Source: Parvularia atlantis (lineage: Eukaryota). From it: 32,252 nt of DNA. Made by a program: the position numbers and the translations under genes. The notes under the pieces were generated by a model, which was given only the letters and a program-made list of their open reading frames with translations, ran no database searches and had not been told where the DNA came from. Shown piece by piece: positions 8,401-19,386 of the stretch. The DNA lies in the NCBI GenBank assembly GCA_943704415.1, contig CALSCO010000693.1, positions 1 through 32,252 of the forward strand. The letters are read 5' to 3'. How positions within the stretch are numbered: position 1 is the stretch's first letter; the number at the start of each line of letters is the position of its first letter.

Positions 8401-10010
8401 CAATGCCGCTACCGCCGCGCACGCCGCTCTGGCACCCGGCACTGAACGCGGACGGGGCCTTGACGCGCGTGTTCTGCACGTGCGGCTCAGACCGCGCGCA
8501 CAACCTGCAGCAGCGCTTGATACGCACCAGCAGCCACGTCGACTCCTCGCCGTGGTACTGCACGCGCACGTGCACTTCCAGCCCGTCCGCGTACGAGAAC
8601 AGGTAGTTGCGGTGGTTGACCTGGCGGATCTTGAGCCCCGCGACGTTGTTGAGCGGCGCGTCCACCCAGAGCACGGGGATGCGGCTCGTCACGACGATGA
8701 TCACGGTTGTGTCGTACTCGCGGATGGCCACGCCGTGCGGGCACGAGACCTTGTTGCACGGGCCGAGGCGCATCTGTGCGCGCACGCTCAGCGTCGCGCC
8801 GCGTCGCGCGCGCTCGGGGCAGCCTGCCCCACGCACCTGCACGACGACGTTGCCGCTCGGCTGGTAGTAGGCATAGTAGTCTCCGCCCGTGTAGAAGTTG
8901 AATTGGACGTGGTCGAACGTGGCAAAGTGCGGGTCGCCGTAGTACGTGCACACGAGGCCACCCCAGCCCTTGTTGCCAGTCGACGTTGACGTGAACACGT
9001 CACTAGCAAGTGGCACGCGTTAGTAGGGCCGGGCTGAGCGCAACCGCAGCCAGCCGTCCGCCCCCGCCAGCCAAACAGCCGCGCGCAAAGCCCCCCATGG
9101 CCAGCGGACGCACGTGTTGCTTGTGCCAAACGTGACCGTGCTGTAGAGCTGGTAGAACACGTTGTCGAGGGTGCTCGCGGCATTCGAGACGGTCGCATTG
9201 AGGATGAGCGGGAAGATCATGTTGTGGCCCGGGTACACGGTCACCTGGCGTGCGGTGAGCAGCCGGGTGGCGTGTCCGCATTGACGCGCACCGGCACGCT
9301 CGTGTTCCAGTTGGCCGTGGTGAAGACCAGGTTGCAGACTGAGAGCTCGAACGGCTGCGTGGTCGAGTTGGTGCGGAAACTGACGGTGATGTTGCCGTTG
9401 GGCGCGGTCGCAAGCGAGACGCGGAAGGTCGCGCAAGCGCCGTCGACGACGAGGGTGGGCGAGCTGACAACAATGCCGATGCACTTGCCACCCGACAGGA
9501 CGTAGCCGGGCGCGCAGGCCGTGCACGTGGTCGCGGAGGAGCACTCGGTGCAGCCGGTGCAGACGCGCGCGCACTCTGCGTGCCGGTCAGCAAACCGCGC
9601 CACCAGCAGAAAAATTGCGCGCGCGCCAAGACCAAGCAACGCACTCAGGCATGCGCCGGTCAGCGTCGTAAAGTCCCAGTAGCAGCCGTTGGCGACGCAC
9701 GCCGTCTGACTCGGCGCCTTGGTGCAGTCAAGTGTGCACACGTTCTTGTTGCTCGAGCCCGAGAAGTAGAAGCCCGCAGGGCAGCCCACCTGCGCCGTGG
9801 CGCCGCAGTTGGTCGACGTCGGCCAGTTCAGGGTCGCGTCGCCGCAGGGGTACTCAAGCTGCATCGGCGCGGAGGCGAAAGTTAAGGTGCCGCGGCAGGG
9901 GCAGGCAGGGGCGCGCGCACCGTCGGGCACTGGCACGGCACGGCATGGCTCGGGCGCGCGAGGACCGCCAAGGCGGCGGCGACGAAAACCAAGATGGCCG
10001 CGAACTGCAT
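5488..10010 (-). CDS. Large secreted multidomain protein (~1289 aa, 11 exons): signal peptide, Cys-rich/furin-like, vWF type D, EGF, two IPT/TIG domains flanking a Thr/Ser repeat, two C-terminal Cys-rich repeats
   Basis: Signal peptide MQFAAILVFVAAALAVLARPSHA; furin-like CTGCTECSSATTCTACAPGY; vWD CTYYGDPHFATFD and GICGTPDGNNKNEF; EGF CSLHGTCVATNTCSCFANYTGSDC; IPT PTVIAVSPASG..GTKLTVYG and VTGLSP..TLTIYGSGF. Ten introns (9920-9859, 9644-9576, 9291-9245, 9113-9003, 8836-8774, 8527-8474, 8269-8218, 7970-7898, 7243-7190, 6238-6171) leave a 3870-nt open frame. Confidence 0.85.
6521..7154 (-). repeat. Coding tandem repeat, 24-bp unit with 12-bp sub-period, encoding (F/Y/L)TQSATAS
   Basis: About 25 degenerate units such as GACTGGGTGAAGCTCGCGGTCGCC on the + strand, in frame within the secreted protein. 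Confidence 0.93.
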
Positions 10011-10599
10011 GAGCACCTGCCGGATCCGGCAGTGAGCGCTGGGGGTGACTTGGCGGGCGCGCCCGCCCTTCCGGCGAAATGAGAGCCACTCGCGCGCCCG
10101 GTCCACCGTGCAGACCCCCCAAGACCCGGCCGTCCGGCGTCCGGTTCACCACGTAGCGCCGTTGGCCGCGGGGAGGAAAACGGTGAAATTTTTCACGGAA
10201 ACCGTGACTGCCAGCGCGAGCCGCGTGCGGCGAGATCTGCTAGGGCAGAAGATTTGCTGGGGCGCACGAGGCGCGGCGCAATGAAGCGAGCGCAGCCAGC
10301 ACAGGCCCGTCGCACTGGCACAGAGCGAGAGGGTAGAAGCGCAGACAGCACCGCGACGAAGGCACGCCTTGCCGGAGGTACAAGAGCGAGGTGATAGCAG
10401 CGCCTCCGTGAACATTCCGCGCCGAGTGAGAGAGACGCGCACACACAGATAAACAGCGCCGGCGTGAGCGCGGCCGCCAGCTGATAACCCCGAACGCCCA
10501 GTGAACAACACCCCAACGACCGGCGCGCACGCGGCCGCCAGCGGATAAAGAGGACGGCGAATAAAATAAATTTTTTGCCCTTTCCACACCGTCCACACC

Positions 10600-10609
10600 A
10601 GCCAATCAG
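10600..10609 (+). promoter_or_regulatory. CCAAT box (NF-Y-like) upstream of the SNF2-RING gene
   Basis: AGCCAATCAG fits the NF-Y consensus and lies about 55-65 nt upstream of ATG 10665, just after an AT-rich tract at 10560-10576. Confidence 0.4.
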
Positions 10610-10664
10610 CGGCGAGTTGGTAGTGTTTCATCCCACGGTTGAACGCAAAGCAGACCTTTCAAGC

Positions 10665-13600
10665 ATGCCCGCGAAGCGTGACAGACAACGTGACGGCGCG
10701 CCAAACGAGGAGCCATCGCCCGGGCCGTGCTGCCCGTGTGGTGCGCCCGTGGCGGCGGGCGGGGCCGCACCGGATGTCTGCGCGCGCTGCGGCCTGGCAG
10801 TGCACCGCGAATGCTGCGCCGCGCCGGGCCGCTGCTGGTGGTGCGGCGACAAGGACGGCGACGACGGCGCTGTTCGCGCGCGGTTTGCCAGCGCGGCTTT
10901 GCCGGCGGACGCGGAGCGGGGCCGGCTCGTGCGCGCGCGGCAGGACGCGGTGTTGCTAGCGTGGCGTGACGGCGGCAAGCGGCTGCACCCGGAGCCCGTG
11001 TGGCGGCGCGCGCTGCCGCGGCGGCCGAGTGCGCTCGAGGAGCTGGCGGCGGTGCTGAGCGCGGCGCGGCGGGCGCGTGTGGACGTGGTGGACAATGAAG
11101 TGCACTTGCGCCTGCTGCCGGGTGGCACGCGAGCCGCGGGCGCGATGCGCGAGCTCATTGGGCGCCTGTGGCCCGCGCCCGGCGCTGCGCATGCCGCGCC
11201 GGCCGACAACGACCGCCTGTGCGAGCTGTCGGCCGCAATTGGCGCGACCGACGAGGCGCCGCAGCCGCCCGGGCTGGCCTGCACGCTGTATCCGTTTCAG
11301 CGGCGTGCACTGCACTGGATGCTTGAGCGCGAGCGCGCCGACACGGCGCTTATGCCGGATCCTCGCTGGGAACGCGTGCCTTTGGAGATCGACGGCGGCG
11401 GCGCCTACGTGGACCGCCTGCACGGCCTCGTGAGCCTGCACGAGCCGCCGGCCGTCGCACTCGCCCGTGGAGGCATCCTCGCCGAGGAGATGGGTCTCGG
11501 CAAGACCGTTGAGCTGCTCGCGCTTGTCCTTGCGCACCCGGCGCCGCCTGGCGTGGCCGGCGCGACGCTGATCGCCACGCCGGCCGCGATCGCGCAACAG
11601 TGGGCGGGCGAGATCACGCGGCATGCGCCTGGCCTGCGCGTGCACGTCTACCGCGGCCTGGCTAGCAGCACGCGGCCATACCCGCTGTCGCCCGCGCAGC
11701 TCGCCGCCGACTTTGACGTCGTCCTGGCGACGTACGAGGTGCTGCGGGCCGAGCTGGTGTACGCGCGCGAGCCGCCACCGCGGCAGCTGCGCGCGCGCGA
11801 CAGCGCCGATCCGACCGGGCCGCCGCCGCCGCCGCGGTACCTGTCGCCGCTGACGCAGCTCGTGTTTTGGCGCGTTTGCCTGGACGAGGCCCAGATGATC
11901 GAGACGCCTACGGCCAAGTCGGCCGAGATGGTGCGCGAGCTGGTCGCGGTCCACCGCTGGGCGATCACGGGCACGCCGATCGGCCGGCGCGGCTTGGATG
12001 ACCTGTACGGGCTGTACCTATTTCTGCGCCAGGAGTCGCTGGCCGAGCGCGCGACGTTCCAACACGTGGCCGCGCGCGACCTCGTCACCCCGGCCGACGA
12101 CCGCAGCGCGCGGCTCTGGGCGCGCACGCTCTGGCGCGCCGCCAGACGCCTCGTTGGCCGCGAGCTCGACCTGCCCGAGCAGCGCCAGCACACCGCCACG
12201 CTCGAGTTTGAACCGTTTGAGCGCTTCAACTACAACCTCCTGCGCGAGCAGTGCCGCGAGGCGGCCGCGGCCGGCCGCGACGATGACGCCCTGCTGCCGC
12301 TGTTTCTGCGCCTGCGCCAGACGTGCTGCCATCCGCAGGTGGGCGAGCGCAACCAGCGCCTCTTTGGCGACAAGCCCCTGCCCATGGTCGACGTTCTGCA
12401 GATCCGCCGCCGCGTGCTCGTCAACGAGCGCGCCTCGGCCAAGCGCCAGCTCTGCGGCACCCAGCTGCGCCGCGGCCTCATGCTCGAGCGCCGCCAGCCG
12501 CCCGACCTGGCCGCCGTGCTCGACATCTACACAGCGCAGCTGGAGCTCGTGCGCGCCGAGGTCGACGCCAGCGCGCGAGCCCTGTCGGCGGCGGCCGACG
12601 CGAGCAGCGCCGGCGATGCCGATGACTCGGTCGAGGAGATGTCGTGGCGCCAGTGGCTCGAGCTCGAGCACCGCGTGCGCTTCCTGATCGCCTCGGTGCA
12701 CCTCGAGCAGGGCCTCGAGCAGCTGGCCAAGGGCGAGTTTGACGCGGCCGACCGTGTGCGCGCGCAGATCATGCGCGTGGTCGAGCAGCGCGCGCAGGGC
12801 GTGCTGACCGACGCCGGCGCGGCCGCGCCCGTACTGCCCAAGCCGATCGACGCCGACGCGGACGTGCTCCTGCTCGGCGGCCTGCTCAGCGCGCTCGCGT
12901 ACGAGCGCGTCCGCACCACGGTCAGCGACCTCAGCAGCACCATGGTCCGCCTGGGCGAGCTCTTCGCGGCCGCGCGCAAGCTCATCGTGCCCAAGGGCGG
13001 CGAGCTGCACCAGCAGTACGAGCGCGACGCCGAGGTCCAGGGCGAGATCGACCAGCTGTTCAACGACATGGACGACATGCTCCAGCTGCACGAGGTCCTC
13101 CTCACGGGCTACACGGGTGAGTCGCGCTGGCGGCACCGGCACCGCGCCATGGTCGAGCAGACGCTCGTGGCCGTGCGCGAGCGCGCCCTGGCCGAGGCGG
13201 CGAGCGCGCGCCTGGCCGCGATCGTGCAGCAGCACACGGCCGCGCACAAGGCCCTGCGACAGGAGCGCCTGCGCCTCGGCCGCTTCGACAACGCGCGCAT
13301 CTCCTTCTACCGCCAGCTGCAGCGCCTGTCGGACAACGTCGCGCACCCAGAGCTGCCGCCCGAGCAGACGCCCGAGGGCGAGCTCGCGCTCCTGGCAGAG
13401 CGCGAGCCAGGCGAGCGCACGCGGATTGAGACGCTCGAGGGCCGGCTGCGGTACCTGGACACGCTGCTGGCCGCGAACGTCAGCGGCCAGACGCCGCTGC
13501 ACGCCGCTGCACCCGAGCACCTGTGCCCGGTCTGCCACCAGGCGATCGGCCACCGCGGCCTGCTGACGGTCTGCAACCACCTGTTCTGCCACTGCGTGCT

Positions 13601-14276
13601 GCACTGGACCAACGTGCACCTGCGCTGCCCGACGTGCAAGCACCCGATCGCGCGCGGCATGGTCGACTTTCGCGAGATCTCGATGCTCGCGCCCGCGCAG
13701 CCGCTGGGTCAGGCGGTCAAGGCCACGCCGATCAAGGGCAGCTGGGGCACAAAGCTCGACGCGATCGTGCGCCACCTCTGCGCGCTCGAGGCGGACCGCG
13801 ACAAGGCCATCGTCTTCTCGCAATGGGACCAAGTGCTCGCGATCTTGGGCGAGGTGCGCTCCTTCGTCCGCTATGGCCGCCCGCGGCCCGTCCTCACCGG
13901 CTCGCAGGCCCTCGCGCAGAACGACGTGGCGCACGCCAACGCGAGCCAGGTCGACCGCTTCCGCGCCGACCCGAGCCTGCCCGTGCTCCTGCTCAACACG
14001 CGCAAGCAGTCGAGCGGGCTCACCCTCATCGCGGCCACGCACGTCGTCCTGGTCGAGCCCGTGCTCAACCCGGCCATGGAGCAGCAGGCGATGCACCGCG
14101 TTCACCGCATCGGCCAGACGCGCACGACGCACGTCTGGCGCTTCCTGATCGGGGGCACAGTCGAGCCGCTGATCCACCAGCACGCGCGCACACACACGGC
14201 CGCGGCGGACCTGGGCGTGCGCTCGCTGGACGAGCACGTGAGCGCGGCCGACGTGCGGCGCTTTGCCGAGCTGTAG
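10665..14276 (+). CDS. SHPRH: SHPRH/Irc20-like SNF2 helicase-RING E3 ligase with an N-terminal PHD-like finger; intron 13854-13907
   Basis: LYPFQRRALHWMLERE, GGILAEEMGLGKTVE, FWRVCLDEAQMIE, RWAITGTPI, LRLRQTCCHPQ, RING CPVC..CNHLFCHC..CPTC, GSWGTKLDAIV, KAIVFSQW, EPVLNPAMEQQAMHRVHRIGQ. In-frame 54-nt intron. Confidence 0.88.
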   Translation: MPAKRDRQRDGAPNEEPSPGPCCPCGAPVAAGGAAPDVCARCGLAVHRECCAAPGRCWWCGDKDGDDGAVRARFASAALPADAERGRLVRARQDAVLLAWRDGGKRLHPEPVWRRALPRRPSALEELAAVLSAARRARVDVVDNEVHLRLLPGGTRAAGAMRELIGRLWPAPGAAHAAPADNDRLCELSAAIGATDEAPQPPGLACTLYPFQRRALHWMLERERADTALMPDPRWERVPLEIDGGGAYVDRLHGLVSLHEPPAVALARGGILAEEMGLGKTVELLALVLAHPAPPGVAGATLIATPAAIAQQWAGEITRHAPGLRVHVYRGLASSTRPYPLSPAQLAADFDVVLATYEVLRAELVYAREPPPRQLRARDSADPTGPPPPPRYLSPLTQLVFWRVCLDEAQMIETPTAKSAEMVRELVAVHRWAITGTPIGRRGLDDLYGLYLFLRQESLAERATFQHVAARDLVTPADDRSARLWARTLWRAARRLVGRELDLPEQRQHTATLEFEPFERFNYNLLREQCREAAAAGRDDDALLPLFLRLRQTCCHPQVGERNQRLFGDKPLPMVDVLQIRRRVLVNERASAKRQLCGTQLRRGLMLERRQPPDLAAVLDIYTAQLELVRAEVDASARALSAAADASSAGDADDSVEEMSWRQWLELEHRVRFLIASVHLEQGLEQLAKGEFDAADRVRAQIMRVVEQRAQGVLTDAGAAAPVLPKPIDADADVLLLGGLLSALAYERVRTTVSDLSSTMVRLGELFAAARKLIVPKGGELHQQYERDAEVQGEIDQLFNDMDDMLQLHEVLLTGYTGESRWRHRHRAMVEQTLVAVRERALAEAASARLAAIVQQHTAAHKALRQERLRLGRFDNARISFYRQLQRLSDNVAHPELPPEQTPEGELALLAEREPGERTRIETLEGRLRYLDTLLAANVSGQTPLHAAAPEHLCPVCHQAIGHRGLLTVCNHLFCHCVLHWTNVHLRCPTCKHPIARGMVDFREISMLAPAQPLGQAVKATPIKGSWGTKLDAIVRHLCALEADRDKAIVFSQWDQVLAILGEVRSFVRYGRPRPVLTGSQALAQNDVAHANASQVDRFRADPSLPVLLLNTRKQSSGLTLIAATHVVLVEPVLNPAMEQQAMHRVHRIGQTRTTHVWRFLIGGTVEPLIHQHARTHTAAADLGVRSLDEHVSAADVRRFAEL

Positions 14277-14362
14277 AGAAACCGTGTGCGTGGATGGGGA
14301 ATAGAAGAAAGCAACAAGAACAAGGGAAAAAAAAAAAAAGCAACGCGCAAGGCTCAACCGTG

Positions 14363-15839
14363 TCACAGATACTGCCGCACGAGCGCGATCGTGTCGTTGT
14401 AGATCGTGCGGTAGGCCGACGTGCCCCACGTGAAGTCGAGGTGGCCGTAGGCAGGGATGAACTTGCGCAGGACGACGGCCACCGCGGGCAGGTCGGCTAG
14501 GATGTCCTCGGCGTCGCGCGGCGTCACGAGCTCGTCCGTCTCGCCGTAAAACACGGCCACGGGCACGCTCGCGGGCCAGTGCTGGCGCAAATCGTACGCG
14601 GGCGGCTCGGCCTGGCCGTAGCGCTCCTTGTTGCCAAAGTAGCCGTAGTCGTGGAAGTGCAGGAACTCGTCGCGGACGAGCGAGGACCAGTGAACCATGT
14701 TGAGCATCGACGTCCAGCCGATGCTCTGTGCGCAGGCGACCTCGAGCCGGTCCAGGTCGATCTCGCCGGGGGCGCTCTGGCCCATGACGAGCGCGAGCAG
14801 GTCGGCCACGAGCTGCGGCGCGGCGTTGCACACGTAGGGAATCGCGTCCTCGACCACGTCGGGCAGGTACAGGAACTTGTCCACGCCCAGGCTCTCGAGG
14901 ATGTCGGCCACGCGCAGGGCCGCGGCGTACTCGACGATGATGTTGGTAAGATAGTCAAAGTAGCCGGCCGGGGCGAGCGCGACAAAGAGCGCCAGCTTGC
15001 CGGCCAGGGCCGGGTGCTGCTGCATCGCCGAGAACATCTGCGTGCAGCCCTGCGAGTGCCCGACCGCGGCCAGGCGTGCGTTGCCCGTGCGCAGGAGGAT
15101 GTAGTCGACCGTGTCGACGACGTCGTACTGGCCCTGCTGGTCAAACGTGAAGTCCCACAGCTCGCGTTCGAGTGGGCCGTAGCGGACGTGGCCCGTGCCG
15201 TACGTGTTGCCGCGCGCGTTGCCCAGCCACACGTCGTAGCCGGCGTCGGCGAGCATGTAGGCCAGGCTGGCGTTGGGGTGGTTGAGGATCCAGCTGAAGG
15301 ACGTGTCGATCAGGCCGTGCGAGAGCAGCACGGGCTTCTTGCTGGCCGGCGTCGTGCGAAAGACGCGGAAGACCTGCAGCCGGTAGCCGTCGCCCGTCTC
15401 GACCGTATGCGTCTCGCAGCCGTAGCCGTGCGCCGCGGCCGACTCGCAGTGGGTGCGGAAGCAGTCGGGGTCGAGCGCGGCCCGCGCCGCTCCGGGCGCG
15501 CCCACCCGCGCGGCCACCTCGCCCAGCGCCGCCACCTTGGCGTACAGCTCGCCCCACGTCGGCACCTGCGCGCCCAGCCCGGCCAGCAGCGCGCTCAGCG
15601 TCGCGTTGAGCTGCTCGCGCGGTACCGACGCGAGGTCGCGCGGGAGGCCTGTGCACCGCACGGGGGATCAATCAGCAGCTGCGGGGATGACACACGGGGC
15701 GGGCGACAAACGCACCGGCGACGATCTCGCGCAACGCGCGGGGCAGCTGCGGGCGCGCGCGCACGGGCGCAGCCGCCGTCGCCACGGCCAGCGACGCCGC
15801 CACGACCAGCAGCAGCACGACGACCGAGGCGCCCCGCAT
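14363..15839 (-). CDS. Lysosomal acid lipase / gastric lipase family (alpha/beta hydrolase) with signal peptide; intron 15715-15649
   Basis: ETHTVETGDGYRL, PVLLSHGL, LADAGYDVWLGNARGNTY, GHSQG nucleophile and YGHLDF catalytic His. Exon 1 encodes the signal MRGASVVVLLLVVAASLAVA. Confidence 0.93.
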
Positions 15840-15882
15840 CGAGTCGCGCGTCAAGTTGGTCAACTGGCGTGTATCCACGCGC

Positions 15883-18025
15883 ATGATCGAGTACCTCGTC
15901 GTGTGCCAGCGGCGCGCTGTGCGCCGCCTCGCGCACGACAAGCCCGACGTCGACGTGGTCTTCATGGACGAGGTCGTGCAGGGCTTCCGGCTGTACATCG
16001 TGCAGCAGTGGGTGACCGACCGCGCGCACTTCCTCAAGTCGGTCGCGACGTACACGGCCAACCAGGCGCACACGGTGCGCGCTCCGTGTCCCCCTGCCAC
16101 ATCGGCCGCGCACGCATCGCTCAGTGCGCACACCTGTGTGCAGATGCTCGTCGACGTGGTCAAGTTTGACCCGGGGACGTTTGAGCGGTGTGCCGCGCGT
16201 GTGGGCGACGCAGCCGCGTGCGACGGCCTGACGCCGCGTGCGCCAGCTACCTCGGCAGCGCGCGGTCCGACCACATGCGTCCGATGAAGATCGCCCTCGG
16301 CGACATCCTCGTGACAAACCTGAGCCGCCTGCCGCCGCACCTCAACCTGATCGAGGTGCCCGAGGGCGACTTTGACCGGGCGATGGCCAGCGTCGTGCTC
16401 TCGATCAACCTGCGCCGGCTCGGGTGCAGCGGACGCACGACCGTGTCGCTGCGCTACCCGGCCGAGGCGCGCGACAAGTTCACGAGCCTGTACCGGGTCT
16501 CGCCCAACGTCCCGTTCGACTACGCCGTGAACGAGCTCGTGCGCCTGGCGCAGCGCGCGCTCACCTGCTTTGACCTGCTCCCGCCCGACGTCACCGACGG
16601 CCTCCTCTGCGACCAGACGCAGCGCGCGCTGCGGCAGTACGCGGCCGAGTACACCGTGCAGACGCCCGAGGAGGCCGCGGCCGAGGAGATGCTGCAATAC
16701 ACGCGCGTGTTTGCGCACCTGTTCAGCTCAATGCAAGTCGCACGGCACATGCTCCACGCCGCGGGCGTGCTCACGCCCAAGGACCCGTACCAGGACGTGG
16801 GCGCGTTCCGCAAGAGCGTCGCGGCGTTCCAGGAGGGCCACGGGCTCGAGCCGACGGGCGCGCTTAGCAGGGCGCTGCTGGCGAGCCTCGCGGCCGTGTC
16901 GTCGAGCTCGGCCCTGCTCAAGGCCAAGAGCACCAAGGACAGCGAGGTCGCGACCAAGCCCACGGAGGACCTCGAGTTGTACGTGCACGCGACCACGGTC
17001 GACCGCCTGCGCTACCTCTGGACGGGCACGGGCGGCAAGGCGTTTCTGGGCGACAGCGAGGACGCGGGCGCGGCCGAGGCCCTGGCGGGGACGCGCGCAG
17101 ACGGCGCCGCGCGCCTGGGCAAGTCGATCAAGGAGCTGATGATCAAACCCATCGACGGCGCCATCACCACCACGGTCGACGGCCTCAAGGACGCTTACAA
17201 GGGCATGAAGAACACGCCCTCAAACATCGCCCAGTCGCTCAAGGTGCTCAAGCTCCCGCGCGACCGCGGCAAGTCGGATCTGCCCTCGCCGGGCATCGGC
17301 GCGAGCCCGCCGCTCATCTCGCCCGCGGCCCCGACCGGCCCCGCCGCCGCGCCTGTGCCGCCCTCGCCGCCATCGACGTTCGCGCACGGCAGCGGCAAAC
17401 ACGAACGCACACAGCGCGCGCATGCCGAGTACCGCCTGGGCGCGGCCGACATCGATGAGGCGCTCGAGGTCCTGACGACGCAGGAGGACGTGTTCACGGG
17501 GCGAATGGACGAGCTGCGCAAGCTCGAGATGCTGTACGAGACGCAGATCGACGCGCTGCAGCGGCTGTGCGAGGAGCGGACGCAGGCGGTGAAGGAGCAG
17601 GACGAGCTGCTGCGGACGGCGCAGGGCCACATTGACGGGCTGCTGCGTGAGGTCGAGCGCATGGACACGACCAAGTCGATGCTGCAGTACCAGGTCTCCG
17701 TGTGCGAGGACAAGCTGGTCGAGGCGCAGGAGCTGATTGACAACTACACGAGCATCGTGCGCGGCCGGACCACTCGCCCGCGCGCCGCCTGACCCCGCGC
17801 CGCGGCGCGCAGATGGCCACGCTCGAGGCGTCCGTCTACGCCAGCGTGTCGTTCCGGCTGTCGCAGCGCATGCTCGGCGTCGGGCGCGCGATCCGGGCGC
17901 GGTTGCGCGCCTTCCTGGGCGAGATCGCCGCCGCGCCTCTGCCCGGACCGTCGGGCACCATGCCCGGGGCGTTGGCTGCCGGCGCCGCCGACCCCAGGGA
18001 CGCCGTGCCAGCACCGCCCTCATGA
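15883..18025 (+). CDS. STB6/STB2-like (Sin3-binding, STB6_N) protein with C-terminal coiled coil; introns 16075-16143, 16188-16246, 17757-17812
   Basis: GFRLYIVQQWVTDR, VTNLSRLPPHLNLIEVPEGD, INLRRLGCSGR, DGLLCDQT and LRYLWTG resemble fungal Stb2/Stb6 N-terminal motifs as I recall them. The three introns keep the frame. Confidence 0.75.
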
Positions 18026-18066
18026 TGTACATGTACAACACTTTGCACACAGTACACTCGCCTGCC

Positions 18067-19356
18067 TCAAGCCTGCGCCGCCGCGGGCTGCATCGCCAGC
18101 TGCACGAGGTCCAGGTCCGTGTGCACGATGCGGCGGACACTGCGCGCGAGCGCGTCCAGGACCGCCTTGTCGCGCAGGCCCGACAGGGCGTAGAGCGCGC
18201 GCTTGACCTCAGGCGTGCGCTGGTGCGCGGCCAGCCCGCGTGACTGGATGGCCGCGACGATGCGCTCGCGCAGGGCCGCGCGCTCGGCCTTGGCTGGCGC
18301 GACGCTCGCCAGCGTCGCCTCAAAGTCCTCGACCAGGTCGAGCGCGTGCCGCCGCGCCAGGCGGTCGAGGAAGGCCAGCTGGAGGTCGGCGGCGATCGGG
18401 CGGCGCGCGGAGTGTGCGGCCGCGCTACGCGGGACGACCGTGCGCAGCTGCGACCAGCGCGAGCGCGCGCCTGTCGGCGAGGGCGGCTCGAGGCAGACCG
18501 TGCGCAGTAGCAGCTGCAGGTCGTCGTGCGAGAGCGCGGCCTGCGCGAGCGTCGTGAAGACCTTGGTGACGATCTCGGGCGGCCAGAGCGCGCGGAACGC
18601 GCTGAAGGGCTGGCGGCACGTGAGCAGCAGCGGGTGGAGGTTGCGCGCGGCCGTGGTGAGCGTGTGCAGGCGCGCGATCGTGAAACCCTGGGAGAGCAGG
18701 GCCTCACTGAGCATCGGGCGGCGCCGGTGTTCGTAGTCGTCGCCGTGGGCGTGGGCGTAGTCGCGCATGATGGCCGAGTACCACGAGACCATGACCGGCA
18801 CGACGCGCTGGTTCTCGCGCGCTACGAAGCGCGTCGGCGCCGCACCGGCCGCGACCGCGCGCGCGCGCGCCTCGGCCACCGCGCGCACAACGTCGGCGGC
18901 CGACCAGCCGCGCTGGCGCAGCATCGGGATGATCTGCAGCAGCGCGGGCAGCTGGGCGCGCGCGCGGTGTCAGCGCCAGCCCCGCGTGCCTGCGCGTTCA
19001 TCGCGCACCGGCAGCGGTTGGCGTCGCGCATCGTACGCGGCCGTGTGCCGGATGATGTGCACGGGCGAGGTCTTGGACACGAAGACGAGCGCGACTTCGT
19101 GGTGCTCGGCCGGGCGGAAGCGCGCCGGGCCCGCGGCGCCGAGGCCGTCGGTGCCGCCCGCGTCGTCGTTGTTGTCATCCGCGTCACCAAACAGGTCCGC
19201 ATCGTCGGCGTCGGCGGCGCCAGCGCGTCCAGCGAGCACGGAGACGGCGCCCGCGGGCGCGCGCTCGAGGATGGCGTCGGCGACGTCGAGCGGCGGCATG
19301 CCCTGGCGCAGCAGGTACGGCACGCGCAGCAGGAGCGCGTCAAGTGTCTGTGCCAT
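18067..19356 (-). CDS. Hypothetical, mostly helical protein (~410 aa); intron 19008-18952
   Basis: ORFs 18970-19356 and 18067-18924 are joined in frame by a 57-nt GTGCGC..CTGAC..CAG intron. Codon usage is like neighbouring genes. I recognise no family. Confidence 0.7.
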
Positions 19357-19386
19357 CGCGTTGTCACCTGAACGCTAGCGCGAGGT

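Noticed and set aside
10180..10260. Spliceosomal snRNA (Sm-site-like AATTTTT followed by a hairpin)
   Set aside because: No U1, U2, U4 or U5 signature sequences are visible nearby.
12018..14831. 937-aa minus-strand ORF and many other long overlapping ORFs (e.g. 2598-4214, 22700-24205)
   Set aside because: These are antisense or off-frame shadows of real genes, expected in GC-rich DNA with few stop codons. They carry no recognisable motifs.
18067..19356. Assignment of the orphan to INTS15/C7orf26
   Set aside because: Only a short LDRLA resemblance, which is not enough to support the call.
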